From NCBI RefSeq assembly GCF_001194135.2, contig NC_068982.1, positions 17,466,814-17,530,813 of the forward strand: a stretch of 64,000 bases of DNA. The letters run 5' to 3'. The position numbers and the translations under genes are program-made. Origin of the DNA: Octopus bimaculoides (Eukaryota). The notes below the pieces were generated by a model, which did no database searches, was not told where the DNA came from, and saw only the letters and a program-made list of their open reading frames with translations. This document shows, one piece after another, positions 24,886 to 37,450 of the stretch (its first letter is position 1; each line of letters starts with the position of its first letter).

Positions 24886-25202
24886 ACAGCTTGATTAAAT
24901 TAAACACAAACTCGCTAAAGCCATAAATAAAGCAATCTTTGCTGATATCCTAATGTTTAAAAAACAAAAACTGTCTTGGCAAAGCGTGCTTAAAGGGGTG
25001 GTGAATCAATGCGTGCGATCCTTTATACTTCACATTCACATTTTCTGGAAGCAATTACATTTGTAGATAAATGGGAGGTATGACGGAAAGGCTAGTTACA
25101 GGAGTGGGTGAGACGTATGTTAAGAAACTCAACTGATCCCGGTTGTTAACCGGCTTAGTGCTCTAGGGATTTTTTAATCACCCTGTACATGTATGTTTGG
25201 TT

Positions 25203-25420
25203 ATATTCTTTTCTACTCTAGACACAAGGCCCGAAATTTTTCGGGAGGGAGCCAGACGATTAGATCGACTCCAGAGCGCTACTGGTACTTAATTTATTGA
25301 CCCCGAAAGAATGAAAGGCAAAGTCGACCTCGGCGGAATTTGAACTCAGAACGTAGTGACGGGCGAAATATCGCTAAGCATTTCGTCCTGCGTACTAATG
25401 ATTCTGTCTGCTTGCCGCCT
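25203..25420 (-). mobile_element. SINE family A, full copy (tail type 2)
   Basis: Box A- and box B-like head plus the central domain on the minus strand. Confidence 0.88.
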
Positions 25421-25439
25421 TAATGCTTTTTGTAATAGA

Positions 25440-25603
25440 AATATCACTGTAATTCCGCCGAGGCCGACTTTGCTTTTCATCCTTTCGGGGTCGATAAATT
25501 AAGTACCAGTAGCGCTCTGGAGTCGATCTAATCGTCTGGCTTCCTCCCGAAAAATTTCGGGCCTTGTGTCTAGAGTAGAAAAGAATATTAATATCACTGT
25601 AAT
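25440..25603 (+). mobile_element. 5'-truncated SINE family A flanked by a 14-bp direct repeat (TSD)
   Basis: aatatcactgtaat at 25440-25453 and 25590-25603 brackets ttccgccg...agaaaagaata. Confidence 0.85.
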
Positions 25604-25609
25604 AACAAC

Positions 25610-25820
25610 AAGGTGGTGAGCCAGTAGAATCGTTAGCACCCTGAGCAAAACGTTTAGCCGCATTTCGTCCGTCTTGACATTCTGAGTTCAAATTCCGCTG
25701 AGGTCGACTTTACCTTTCGGGATTGATGAAATAAGTAACAGTTGAGTACTGGGGTCGATGTAATCAGCTTACCCCATCCCACAAAACTGATGATCTGGTG
25801 TCACAATTTGAAACCGGTAT
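25610..25820 (+). mobile_element. SINE family A, diverged
   Basis: ggtggtgagccagtagaatcgttagcacc...gagttcaaattccgctgaggtcgacttt. Confidence 0.8.
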
Positions 25821-26984
25821 TACAAAACGCATTTTATGCTCTTAGTTATGTTTTATTTAATTTGTATTCTTTATTATATCCAATATAGTAACATCCGTGT
25901 ATATTTATACATCATATGTATTTGTATGTATATTTTTCGCCAGTAATTTTTATTAGATAACTGTATTTAATAGAATTATATTAGTTTTAATTTAAAAAAG
26001 TAACAAGTTAAATTATTATAGGTTGAAACATTAATAAATTTGAAAAATTCGTAATAAAAATTTTATCATTTACAAAACGTAAAATTATTTTTTTCTAATT
26101 AAAAATTAATAAATGCTATAATGAAAATTTGTATTTCCTAGACACGCAAATTATTCTTTATATTAAAAAATTCGAAAAAGCATAAAAGAAAAATTTTGAG
26201 TTTTACAGAAGAGCAAAAATAATGTTTTCAAATCAAAAAGATTAAAATAAGATTATAGTTAAAATTTTGTGCTTATAGAAATGAAAATGAATTTTTCTAT
26301 TTAAAAATTAAAAAAAAAACAACTCATTATAATAAAAATTTTATCCAGAAAGGAAAGTTAAAATTTTTAATTAGAAAATATGGGCGGAATAAAAAAATTG
26401 CATGTTGGCCCTGTAACGACTATTAATGTTCGAAATCCAAAATGGCTGCAATAAAATCTTAGTCTTTTAAAGAAAGGAAAATTAATACTATAGAGTGGAT
26501 GGGTGGGGGTGCTTATTTCTATGAACATAACTGACAATGTTATAGTCTTCTATCTTCTTTCCCTTCTGCTTTTCATCCCGAGTTACAAGGGTTAACACAG
26601 GAAAATTGCTATAAAATAAATTAGAATTAAATAGACATATAAATGATGGTTCAGTATAAATTTCACAGCGGACAACATTTTATTAACTATTACTAAATCT
26701 ACCTTGGGATCAGAACCAAACCGTCATTTTTGACAATTCAGCATCGTTTACTCGACCCTCCTTTACTGTTTATATGAGGTTATAATGAACAAAACTGATA
26801 ACTACGACTGTTCCCTGGCTCAAAACCTGTGTCTGTAGTAAAGCTTATTGTGATGTACGTGTGTGTGTGCGCGTATATATATATATATGAATCAAACAGT
26901 TTGATTCAAATTTTTTGGTACTTTAAGTTTCAAGCTTGATGCTAGTCTTTAGTGATCGCTTATAAGTTTTTAGCTTATAAAATC

Positions 26985-27217
26985 AGTGCTCAGCCACTTG
27001 TACGTTAATTTCACGAGCAGGCTGTTCCGTTGATCGGATCAACTGGAACCCTCGACGTCGTAAGCGACGGAGTGCCAACAACAACATTCCGCTCCTCATT
27101 CACAATAATTATTTATCATAAGGTTTCAGGGAACCTGTTTCATTTTACACCAGGTGAAGAAGCGAGCAGTCGCAGCAATGGTTAGATCTCTCAGAAAATT
27201 AACGTAAGGTAAATATA
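26985..27217 (+). repeat. 233-bp direct duplication of 28037-28269
   Basis: 231/233 identical by manual comparison; offset 1052 bp. Confidence 0.9.
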
Positions 27218-27234
27218 TATACACACACGCCCAG

Positions 27235-27306
<72 letters not shown>

Positions 27307-27750
27307 TTTTCTATCTATCCAAATTTAGTGGGAAGTAAATATACTCATGTTTACTTTATATTCGTTTTGTCAGGATTAATTCTTTGTGTTTACTTTTATA
27401 TCACATACATAACGGCACCACAAAGATATTTACATATTCGAAATGAATCCTTCACATTAATTTATTAAGCAAGGTATAGGTCGTAACCGTAACTACTTTC
27501 AATTCAGCTTTGTCGCATACTCAGGAAATAAATAAAAACCCCGATTTGTCGTATTACAATATACCTTGTAAGGTTCATGCATGTTAGATAACAGAAATCC
27601 GTTCTAGACATCTTATGTTTTCTAACTGTAATATCTTTCTTTGTAAGACACTCCAAATGTATTTCCACAATCTTGGTAAGAAAGGAATGTTTCCAGTTGT
27701 ATATAAAGGTGTACGCTTCAATATAATTACTTTATATTCCGCTCCTTGTG

Positions 27751-28138
27751 GAGGCGCAATGGCCCAGTGGTTAGGGCATTGGACCTCGCAGTCATAGGAT
27801 CACGGTTTCGATTCCCAGACCAGGCGTTGTGAGTGTTTGTTGAGCAAAAACACCTAAAGCTCCACGAGGATCCGGCAGGGGATGGTGGCGAACCCTGCTG
27901 TACTCTGCCACCGCAACTTTCTCTCACTCTTACTTCCTGTTTCTGTTGTGCCTGTAATTCAAAGGGTCAGCCTTGTCACACTCTGTGTCACGCTGAATAT
28001 CCCCGAGAACTACGTTAAGGGAACACGTGTCAGTGGAGTGCTCAGCCACTTGCACGTTAATTTCACGAGCAGGCTGTTCCGTTGATCGGATCAACTGGAA
28101 CCCTCGACGTCGTAAGCGACGGAATGCCAACAACAACA
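27751..28138 (+). mobile_element. SINE family C, full length
   Basis: tRNA-like head ggaggcgcaatggcccagtggttaggg...ggtttcgattccc and 3' end gacggaatgccaacaacaac. Confidence 0.9.
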
Positions 28139-28418
28139 TTCCGCTCCTCATTCACAATAATTATTTATCATAAGGTTTCAGGGAACCTGTTTCATTTTAC
28201 ACCAGGTGAAGAAGCGAGCAGTCGCAGCAATGGTTAGATCTCTCAGAAAATTAACGTAAGGTAAATATACGCATATTTTCTGGATATATTCCAGATTCTC
28301 CTTGTTTAGACATTGGCCATAATATGTGTGTGCGTGCACACGCACACACACACACACATACATATATATGTGCATACATACATGTATATGTATGTATGTA
28401 TGTATGTATCTATCTATG

Positions 28419-28450
<32 letters not shown>

Positions 28451-28534
28451 TACATACATACACACACACACACACACATACATATATATGTGCATACATA
28501 CATGTATATGTATGTATGTATGTANNNNNNNNNN

Positions 28535-28588
<54 letters not shown>

Positions 28589-28624
28589 CATACACACACA
28601 CACACACACATATTTTTATATAAT

Positions 28625-28656
<32 letters not shown>

Positions 28657-28673
28657 GTGCATACATACATGCA

Positions 28674-28726
<53 letters not shown>

Positions 28727-29434
28727 GTCTATCTATCTATCTATCTGTATGTGTGTTGTGTGCGTGTGTGAATGTGTTGTGTACGTATGTATTGTGTGTG
28801 TGTGTGTGTGTGTACGTGTGTTTATGTGTGTGTGTGCATACATACACGCACCTCTATTCAATTATGCATTTATCTATTCGGTCAACGTCTTCTGATGTAA
28901 CTTTATGCTTACGAATACGCGATCAATCAGACAGTTTTGGTGAGCTATAGAAATGTGCGCATATGTGTGTGTATGTGTGTGCGTGCGTGCGTGTGCGTGC
29001 GTGTGCGTGCGTACGTGTGTATGTGCGCGCGCGCGAGTGTGTGTTTGAGTACATCGTGATGTAGGCTTACGTGTGTCTATGTTGAATATTGCTGTGATCT
29101 TTTCCTGTGTTGTGCAACAAATATGTATAGTGTGCGTGCAACCATTTCTCTTCATATGTACCCACATGTACACTAATGTACATATCCATACATACAGATT
29201 CACCTACACACACACACACACATACACATATAAAAGTCATTATAGCTTAAAAGCACATTTCCACTCCTCATTCTGTTTAAATACATCAATGTTTCCCTCC
29301 ATCCATCATACAACCACACCTGTATTGACGTGAACTGATGCATTTAAGCCAACTCTTATACAGGTTTGCTTAGATATATATGCACCCCGTTGAATCTATA
29401 GAAATTGCGGAAAATATCCACAGATAATATTCCT

Positions 29435-30690
29435 GTATTCTTTTCTATTCTAGGCACATGGCCCAAAATTTTTGGGGAGGGGCCCAGTTGATTATATCGA
29501 CCCTAGTACGGAACTGGTACTTAATTTATCCACCCCGAAAGGATGAAAGGCAAAGTCGACCTCGGCGGAATTTGAACTCAGAACGTAAATATAGACGAAA
29601 TACCTATTTCTTTACTGCCCACAAGGGGCTACACAGAGAGGGGACAAACAAGGACAGACAAACGGATTAAGTCGATTATATCGACCCCAATAAGTAACTG
29701 GTACTTAATTTATCGACCCCGAAAGGATGAAAGGCAAAGTGGACCTCGGCGGACTTTGAACTCAGAACCTAACGGCAGACGAAATATCGCTAAGCATTTC
29801 GCCCGGCGTGCTAACGTTTCTTATTANNNNNNNNNNNNNNNNNNNNNNNNNNNNNNNNNNNNNNNNNNNNNNNNNNNNNNNNNNNNNNNNNNNNNNNNNN
29901 NNNNNNNNNNNNNNNNNNNNNNNNNNNNNNNNNNNNNNNNNNNNNNNNNNNNNNNNNNNNNNNNNNNNNNNNNNNNNNNNNNNNNNNNNNNNNNNNNNNN
30001 NNNNNNNNNNNNNNNNNNNNNNNNNNNNNNNNNNNNNNNNNNNNNNNNNNNNNNNNNNNNNNNNNNNNNNNNNNNNNNNNNNNNNNNNNNNNNNNNNNNN
30101 NNNNNNNNNNNNNNNNNNNNNNNNNNNNNNNNNNNNNNNNNNNNNNNNNNNNNNNNNNNNNNNNNNNNNNNNNNNNNNNNNNNNNNNNNNNAGGGGACCA
30201 ATCGATTAGATCGACCCCTGTGCGCTACTGGTATTTAATTTATCGACCCGAAAGGACGAAAGGCAAAGTCGACCCCGGCGGAATTTGAACTCAGATCGTA
30301 AAAACAGATGAAATACCGCTAAGCATTTCGCCCGGCGTGCTTACGTTTCTTATTTCTTTATTTCCTACAAGGGGCTAAACATAGAGTGGACAAACAAGGA
30401 CAGACAAGGAGATTAAGTCGATTAGATCGACCCCAGTGCGTAACTGGTACTTAATTTATCGACCCCGAAAGGATGAAAGGCAAAGTGGACCTCGGCGGAC
30501 TTTGAACTCAGAACCTAACGGCAGACGAAATATCGCTAAGCATTTCGCCCGGCGTGCTAACGTTTCTTATTACATTATTGCATTATTGCCCACAAAGGGC
30601 AAAACATAGAGGGGACAAGCAAGGACAGACAAAGGGATGAAGTCGATTACATCGAACCCAGTGCGTAACTGGGCGTGCTAACGTTTCTGC
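29435..30690 (-). mobile_element. Head-to-tail multimer of SINE family A (at least 5 units, one gap)
   Basis: The central domain recurs at ~29520, 29700, 30230 and 30445, plus an internally deleted unit at 30575-30690. Confidence 0.85.
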
Positions 30691-31339
30691 CAGCTCGCCG
30701 ACTTCCTGTATTCCTGTATTCTTGTATTTGCAGGCGTGTCCGTTGCTACAGTTGCAACTTGTGCATACAGTTGCAATTATATTCAACATTTCTCTCCATT
30801 GACCTTTTACATTTTTTGCATAGTTGTTGTCGAGTTGAGTACAACACCCATTGCAGAGAATCGACTTGACCAGATTTGCTTAACATTAATAATAGTGATC
30901 CTAGGTAGCCATTTCCTTACTGTAAGGGTAATTTTAATTACTTGCCATTTTTTTTGGCTTTAATTCGAGGTATGGTGGTATTGTTAAGAAAATTGCTTCT
31001 GAACCACTTGGTTTTCGGTTCAGTTCCAGTGCACAGTGCGTCGGTACTTGCACCATAGATTCTGGCAGACTAATGGTTTATGAGCGAATTTGGTCAATGG
31101 AAGCTTTTCGGAAGTTCGTTGTTGATCGATCGATCGATCCATTGATCCATCCACCCACCAATCCATCCATCCATCCATCTATATGTATGGCTGAGCTTAG
31201 ATCCATGGGGGAGAGAATGCAAATCCTTAATTCATATACTACTTATGATAACGATGTTTGGGACTATAAAAACCTACAAGACCATAAGATTTAAAGAAAG
31301 ATGAACAAAACAAGATGCTTTCTTTTACAACCTTGCAAC

Positions 31340-32020
31340 CAAATAGGTGACTGCTCAAAGTTTACAGTAAATTATAAAGAGAAATAGAACATACACACAC
31401 ACCTCGATGTGGTGACAGATGAAACATGGCTGTATCTTTATGAACTGGAAACGAAAATTCAGTTTATAGAATAGCGTCACATTTTTAGTTCAAGGCTAAA
31501 GCAGTTGAAAAGCCATCAATCACTACTAAACGTCATGGTGATTGCTTTTGGAGGTGACAAGAGTGTCATGCTTCTTGATTTTCTGGAAATTGGCTTTACA
31601 GTGAACAGAAAGAGGAGAACATTAAACCAGGAAGTGGCGAATATTAAGACACCCCAAAAATGCTTGCAGAAGCCTCCATTAGAAGAGAAAGACTGAACAA
31701 GAATCTGTATACGATCTACATTCACCGTAAAAATATGCATCCCCACACATCTTCGGCAATAAGTTAGATAATCGGAAAATTGGGCAGACCATTGGTCCCC
31801 ATTCATCGTACAGCCCTGGTCAAGCTCCATCCGACTTCCTTCTGTTCGGTCTAAAGAAGGACAGTTATGGGTATAACGATTTGATGATACAGACGAGGTG
31901 ATAGGGGATTTGAATGACAGTACACATCTGATATTTTGCCAAAGAGGATTCGAAAATTGGGTTTAACGACAGCGCAAATGTATCGCTTTTGAGGGACACC
32001 ATGTTGAATAGGAAGAGTTG
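31340..32020 (+). pseudogene. Mariner transposase relic (catalytic region)
   Basis: Reads VVTDETWLYLYELETKIQ...KSHQSLLNVMVIAFGGDKSVMLLDFLEIGFTVN and ...KCIAFEGHHVE*, colinear with mariner IVTGDETW...KVMATVFWD...KCIxxxGDYVEK. Contains stops and frameshifts. Confidence 0.85.
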
Positions 32021-32094
32021 AACAACCAATTATACAAGCCTCGTATAAAACATACATCCATACATATATATATATACATCTCTCTCTCTCTCTA

Positions 32095-32128
<34 letters not shown>

Positions 32129-32515
32129 NNNNNNNNNNNNNNNNNNNNNNNNNNNNNNNNNNNNNNNNNNNNNNNNNNNNNNNNNNNNNNNNNNNNNNNN
32201 NNNNNNNNNNNNNNNNNNNNNNNNNNNNNNNNNNNNNNNNNNNNNNNNNNNNNNNNNNNNNNNNNNNNNNNNNNNNNNNNNNNNNNNNNNNNNNNNNNNN
32301 NNNNNNNNNNNNNNNNNNNNNNNNNNNNNNNNNNNNNNNNNNNNNNNNNNNNNNNNNNNNNNNNNNNNNNNNNNNNNNNNNNNNNNNNNNNNNNNNNNNN
32401 NNNNNNNNNNNNNNNNNNNNNNNNNNNNNNNNNNNNNNNNNNNNNNNNNNNNNNNNNNNNNNNNNNNNNNNNNNNNNNNNNNNNNNNNNNNNNNNNNNNN
32501 NNNNNNNNNNNNNNN

Positions 32516-32573
<58 letters not shown>

Positions 32574-33500
32574 AAAGGCGTACGTAGAGAATGCCTGATT
32601 TTTGAAAGAGCGTGAGAGCTATGTAAGACAAATGACAATTACGTAATACTGTATCGCTGTCATTGTAAGCAAACTCATTCATTAAATACTTGCCTTCATT
32701 TGCACCGATCCTTGTGTGTGCAGGTGTGTATGTGCATGTACGTATGTATTTATGTATATGCATGTAAGTACATATGTGTGTATGTATGCGTGCATGTATG
32801 TATTTATGTGTATGTATGCACTATGTGTACGTAAGTACGTGTGTGTCAGCGCAATGAATGACTTGTGCTTCGCTTTCATAGTTGTATGTACGAATGTATG
32901 TATGTACTTACGTATGTATGCATGTATGTGTATCTATGTGTCTCTAAGAGTTGTATGCATGCATATATGTGCGTGCGTGTATGTGTGCGTATGCGTGTGT
33001 TTGTGTGTGTCTATTTTCCATATGCATATGTGTAGCTGTGCCATTCGTTTTCTATGTCGGAAGCAATAGTGACTATTTGAAATATGTTGGTATAGCAATG
33101 AACACAATTTTGAAAAGCTAGTCTTCTCGTTTCTCAGATACGTCTGAAAATTTTCAGTTACAAGCGTTTTATATCCAACAGTATATAGGTTGAAAGGCTT
33201 TTATACTATAAATTCCTTTTTTGGTCTAAAATTAAGGAAAACACATACAGACAAATAAAATTTGAATTTTAAAGTATTATATAGATTATAAAAACGAGGA
33301 TTACTTGCAATACTGGAGAGTTTTTTTTTAATTGATTCTAATGAATAATAATAATATTAGCAATATAAATATATAGGAGCACTCTGTCAGTTACGATGAC
33401 ACGGGTCCCAGCTGATACGACCAGCTCGTGAAATTAACGTGCAAGTAGCTGAGTACTCCACAGACACGCTGCTTAAGGACAAAAAAAAAAAAAGAATATA

Positions 33501-34010
33501 CACGGTGTCCACAAAGTCTGGGTACATGGGATTAACACATACTTTAAGAAATTATTATTTCTTATATTCAATTGTTTATGTTATGATTTTATTTACTCCA
33601 TGTTNNNNNNNNNNNNNNNNNNNNNNNNNNNNNNNNNNNNNNNNNNNNNNNNNNNNNNNNNNNNNNNNNNNNNNNNNNNNNNNNNNNNNNNNNNNNNNNN
33701 NNNNNNNNNNNNNNNNNNNNNNNNNNNNNNNNNNNNNNNNNNNNNNNNNNNNNNNNNAAATTATTATTTCTTATATTTAATTGTTTATGTTATGATTTTA
33801 TTTACTCCATGTACCCACATGGGGATTAACACATACTTTAAGAAATTATTATTTCTTATATTTAATTGTTTATGTTATGATTTTATTTACTCCATGTACC
33901 CACATGGGGATTAACACATACTTTAAGAAATTATTATTTCTTATATTCAATTGTTTATGTTATGATTTTATTTACTCCATGTTATGATTTTATTTACTCC
34001 ATGTACCCAC
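33501..34010 (+). repeat. 85-bp minisatellite derived from a Tc1/mariner-type MITE
   Basis: TA plus left TIR cacggtgtccacaaagtctgggtacatgg (33501-33529), then tandem units (cacatggggatt at 33816 and 33901). Confidence 0.85.
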
Positions 34011-36643
34011 GTTGTTGAATTGTTGTTTCAATGATGTTCATGTTGTATATCTTTTATGTCCTTTCATTTCTTTCCCTTAAATCTACTACTTCTATCTTGT
34101 ATCAAACTGAGTTTATTGTTAGTTGTTTTCGTTTCTTTATGAGATCTAAGATTTCCCAGAGCAATTTTTTCCTGTAGTCTTCAGCTATTTCAGAAAAGAA
34201 ACAACACAGGAAATTACCTTAGATCGAAAAGCCTCCAGGAGGGCATGTTTCATTTTTAAAAGCAAAATTGCTCCTACATCCTTAAAGATGCATTTACAAT
34301 CAATACATCATCTATGATGCATGACTCTGTCAAAAGACCGATCCAACAAGTTAAGAACAACTTAACGTGTTCACGAACGCATTATGCTTCAAAAAAATGT
34401 GTATGACCATTACAAAAGACAGAAAGAAAAAAACGATTGAATCCAAGAACAAGCAACACAAAATTACATTTAATAAAATCGTTGTAACTGAATTGGGCTG
34501 AACGCGCCTGGAAGACTAGTGACGTGTGGATGAAAATAAGAAAATCTGACAGACTGTATTCCAAAAGCTTGATAATAAAACAGATGACGACAACAAACAA
34601 GCTGGAGGGATGAATTGGATAGATTAGAAAAAACAAAAATTGCAGATCGGCTAATGAAGAGAAAAGAGGAAAGCTTTTACTTGTAAGTGAAAATGTAATG
34701 GCTGATTTCATTGAGATATACTATGTAAGTGTCTTTCTTATTCATAAAAGGAATTATTTAGCAAAAATCCTCTTTTAGTTTGTTTTTTGTAACTTCAGCT
34801 CGCCAAGAACTATTGTTAATTTATCACTACCACCTCCAGAATAAAATAAACGTTTAGCAATGGTGACATTTTAAAATAGCTTTCGAGGGGATAGATTCTT
34901 TAATACATACATACATACATATAAGATAATAGTAAAAAAACCCCAACCTAAAATTGTGTTGCCACTATGATCAGAGGAATCTTTATAACCATATCCATGT
35001 ATAATGTTTACCCCTTCCCTTTCCTTATAAGAGAAAGGCTGGTTGCCCCCTTAAGCTTTAAATCACTAGATAAAAAACAAATAAAATCAGGGACAGTTAG
35101 AATTCTACCTAGAATTAATTACTAGCCTGCTAGACTTGGCTATGTCAAGATGTTTTTTTTTTGCATTCTTCTTTCCCACTTAGATTGTTTAAATGTTGTC
35201 ACAACAGTAATATGTCCATTCTGCTGAAATGAAATTTTCAGTAAATTTTCTGTATCCTTGTGCAGCTGAAGATTGCTCTGCATTTTACATTTAGTTTAAT
35301 GCTCGCATTGCTTAAATAAATGGAGTGGCATGAAACGTGTGTACTGCAATAACCTTGAAAATTCATGTTGCTTTTTTTGATTATANNNNNNNNNNNNNNN
35401 NNNNNNNNNNNNNNNNNNNNNNNNNNNNNNNNNNNNNNNNNNNNNNNNNNNNNNNNNNNNNNNNNTATATCCGTCTATGTGTTCGTATGTGTGCATTGTG
35501 TGTGAGTCTGTGTATGTCTTTGACTTAGAAGAATAAGGAAAGAATTTTAACCCTGTCAATTATCCATACGTTCTACTAGATTTGGTTTTACAGAGACATG
35601 AAACTTGATATTTTAAGGTAGAATTAATATAGTACGTAATGACAAATCCATACCACTTCCAAGTATATTATTGACGTCTGATTTCTAACAATTGGTTAAA
35701 CCATTTTGTGTAGTATAGTAATATTCAATGAAGACTTGTTAATAATAGCAAGTGAATAGTTTTTAAAATTTTCAATGAAGATTTTTAAAAGTCATTTTTA
35801 ACTAAGATTACTTTTTTATAATCTTCAAAGAAGATTTGACTAAATACGAACATAAAATTAATGAGTTATATAACAAAATAAAAAAAAATTATGTATGTAA
35901 GTCAGTAAACAGATGAAAACACAGAAAAAAAAACAATTTTAATCAAATAACAGCGGCAACGAATACAAATTCAATAACAACAACAAAATACTTCACAGAT
36001 ATCAGCAATAAGAAATATACGCCAGACAGTTTAACTATCTTTACATTACTATCAATAGTTACAACAACAACGACGACGGTGGTGACGATGATGATGGTGG
36101 TGGTGGTGGTGGTGATGATGATGATGATGACAATGGCGTTGATCATGGCGATAGAGAAATTGTGCTAATAACGCTGTTAAATGTTAATTATATAAAGAAA
36201 GATGAAGGGGGTCGGTTTATAAACAATTCTTTTGATGGTGATAATGTTTACCAGTTTTGTCATTCAACTGAATGCGTATGTAATAAACAATATAACGACT
36301 ACACATACTTCCTGCCATAAAACATTACTATGATGCAAACAATGATATTATCAATTTCGACTAAGTATCAGACAAGGCAGGAGATTAGCAAAAGCGGTCA
36401 AATTGGCGGAGTCATTAGAGGGTCACATAGAATGCTTCGCGATATTTGCTCCAACACTCGGGCGCTGTGAGTTCGAGTCTTACCGAGGTTAACTTTGCCT
36501 TTCAAGATCGGTTCTTTTTAAGAAACCAATCGAAGGAGATGGATTGGTGGAACTGTAAGAATGTCGGGTAAAATGCCTTGTAGTGTTTGTTTCGGTTCTG
36601 TATGTTCTGAGTTCAAAGCTCACCATGATCTAAATGGGTAGTA

Positions 36644-36682
<39 letters not shown>

Positions 36683-37229
36683 TAACTATTAGCGACAGAA
36701 GCAACTGTTGTAACAAATAAATGGGAAGTGTTGTTTAGAACGCCTTAGACTGCGGTAAACGTCTCGAGAAATTATCTCGTGTAGACAAAAAATGCTAAAA
36801 AGCACAGAATAACTATATCGGCTGACGAAAGATAAAGTCAACCTTGGCGGAATCTGAAATGCTGCTAAGCATTTTGCTTGACGTGCTAACGACAGCCATT
36901 TGATGTTACAAAATATAGTTTGTCTTTGTAAAGCAAGAAAATACATATATGCATCTCTTATGTCACATTATCCAGTTGACTCTGCAAACACGAGAGTAAG
37001 AATGTATATTTCAATGAATACATTGATGGAAAATTTTCCTTGATTGTTCTGGTTAATTAAAATCTGAAATTTTTCCTGTTTGAATTCTGTTCCATTTTAA
37101 TTTCTCTTATTGGCAACTAGAGCTAATTGCAAAGAGTTACGAACTACTACTATTGGCTTTATACAAGTTTTTCTTTTAATATTCTTCTAAGGCGGCTGGC
37201 TTTGTGTCAAAATTTGAAAGCAATATCAT

Positions 37230-37450
37230 TTTAAGGCGGCGACCTAGCAGAACCGTTAGTACGCAGGAGAAAATGTCTGGCGGCATTTCGTCCGTCATTA
37301 CGTTCGGAGTTCAAATGTTGCCGAGGTCGACTTTGCCTTTCATCGCTTCAAGGTCGATAAAATAAGTACCAGTTTTGCACTGGGGTCGATGTAATCGATT
37401 TATCACCTCCTCCGAAATTGCTGACCTTGTACCAAAATTTGAATCCAATA
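37230..37450 (+). mobile_element. SINE family A
   Basis: aaggcggcgacctagcagaaccgttag...gaggtcgactttgcctttcatc...tggggtcgatgtaatcga. Confidence 0.82.

Noticed and set aside
33758-34010. Regular repeats superficially like a CRISPR array
   Set aside because: Contiguous 85-bp units without unique spacers, in a eukaryotic context with no cas genes.
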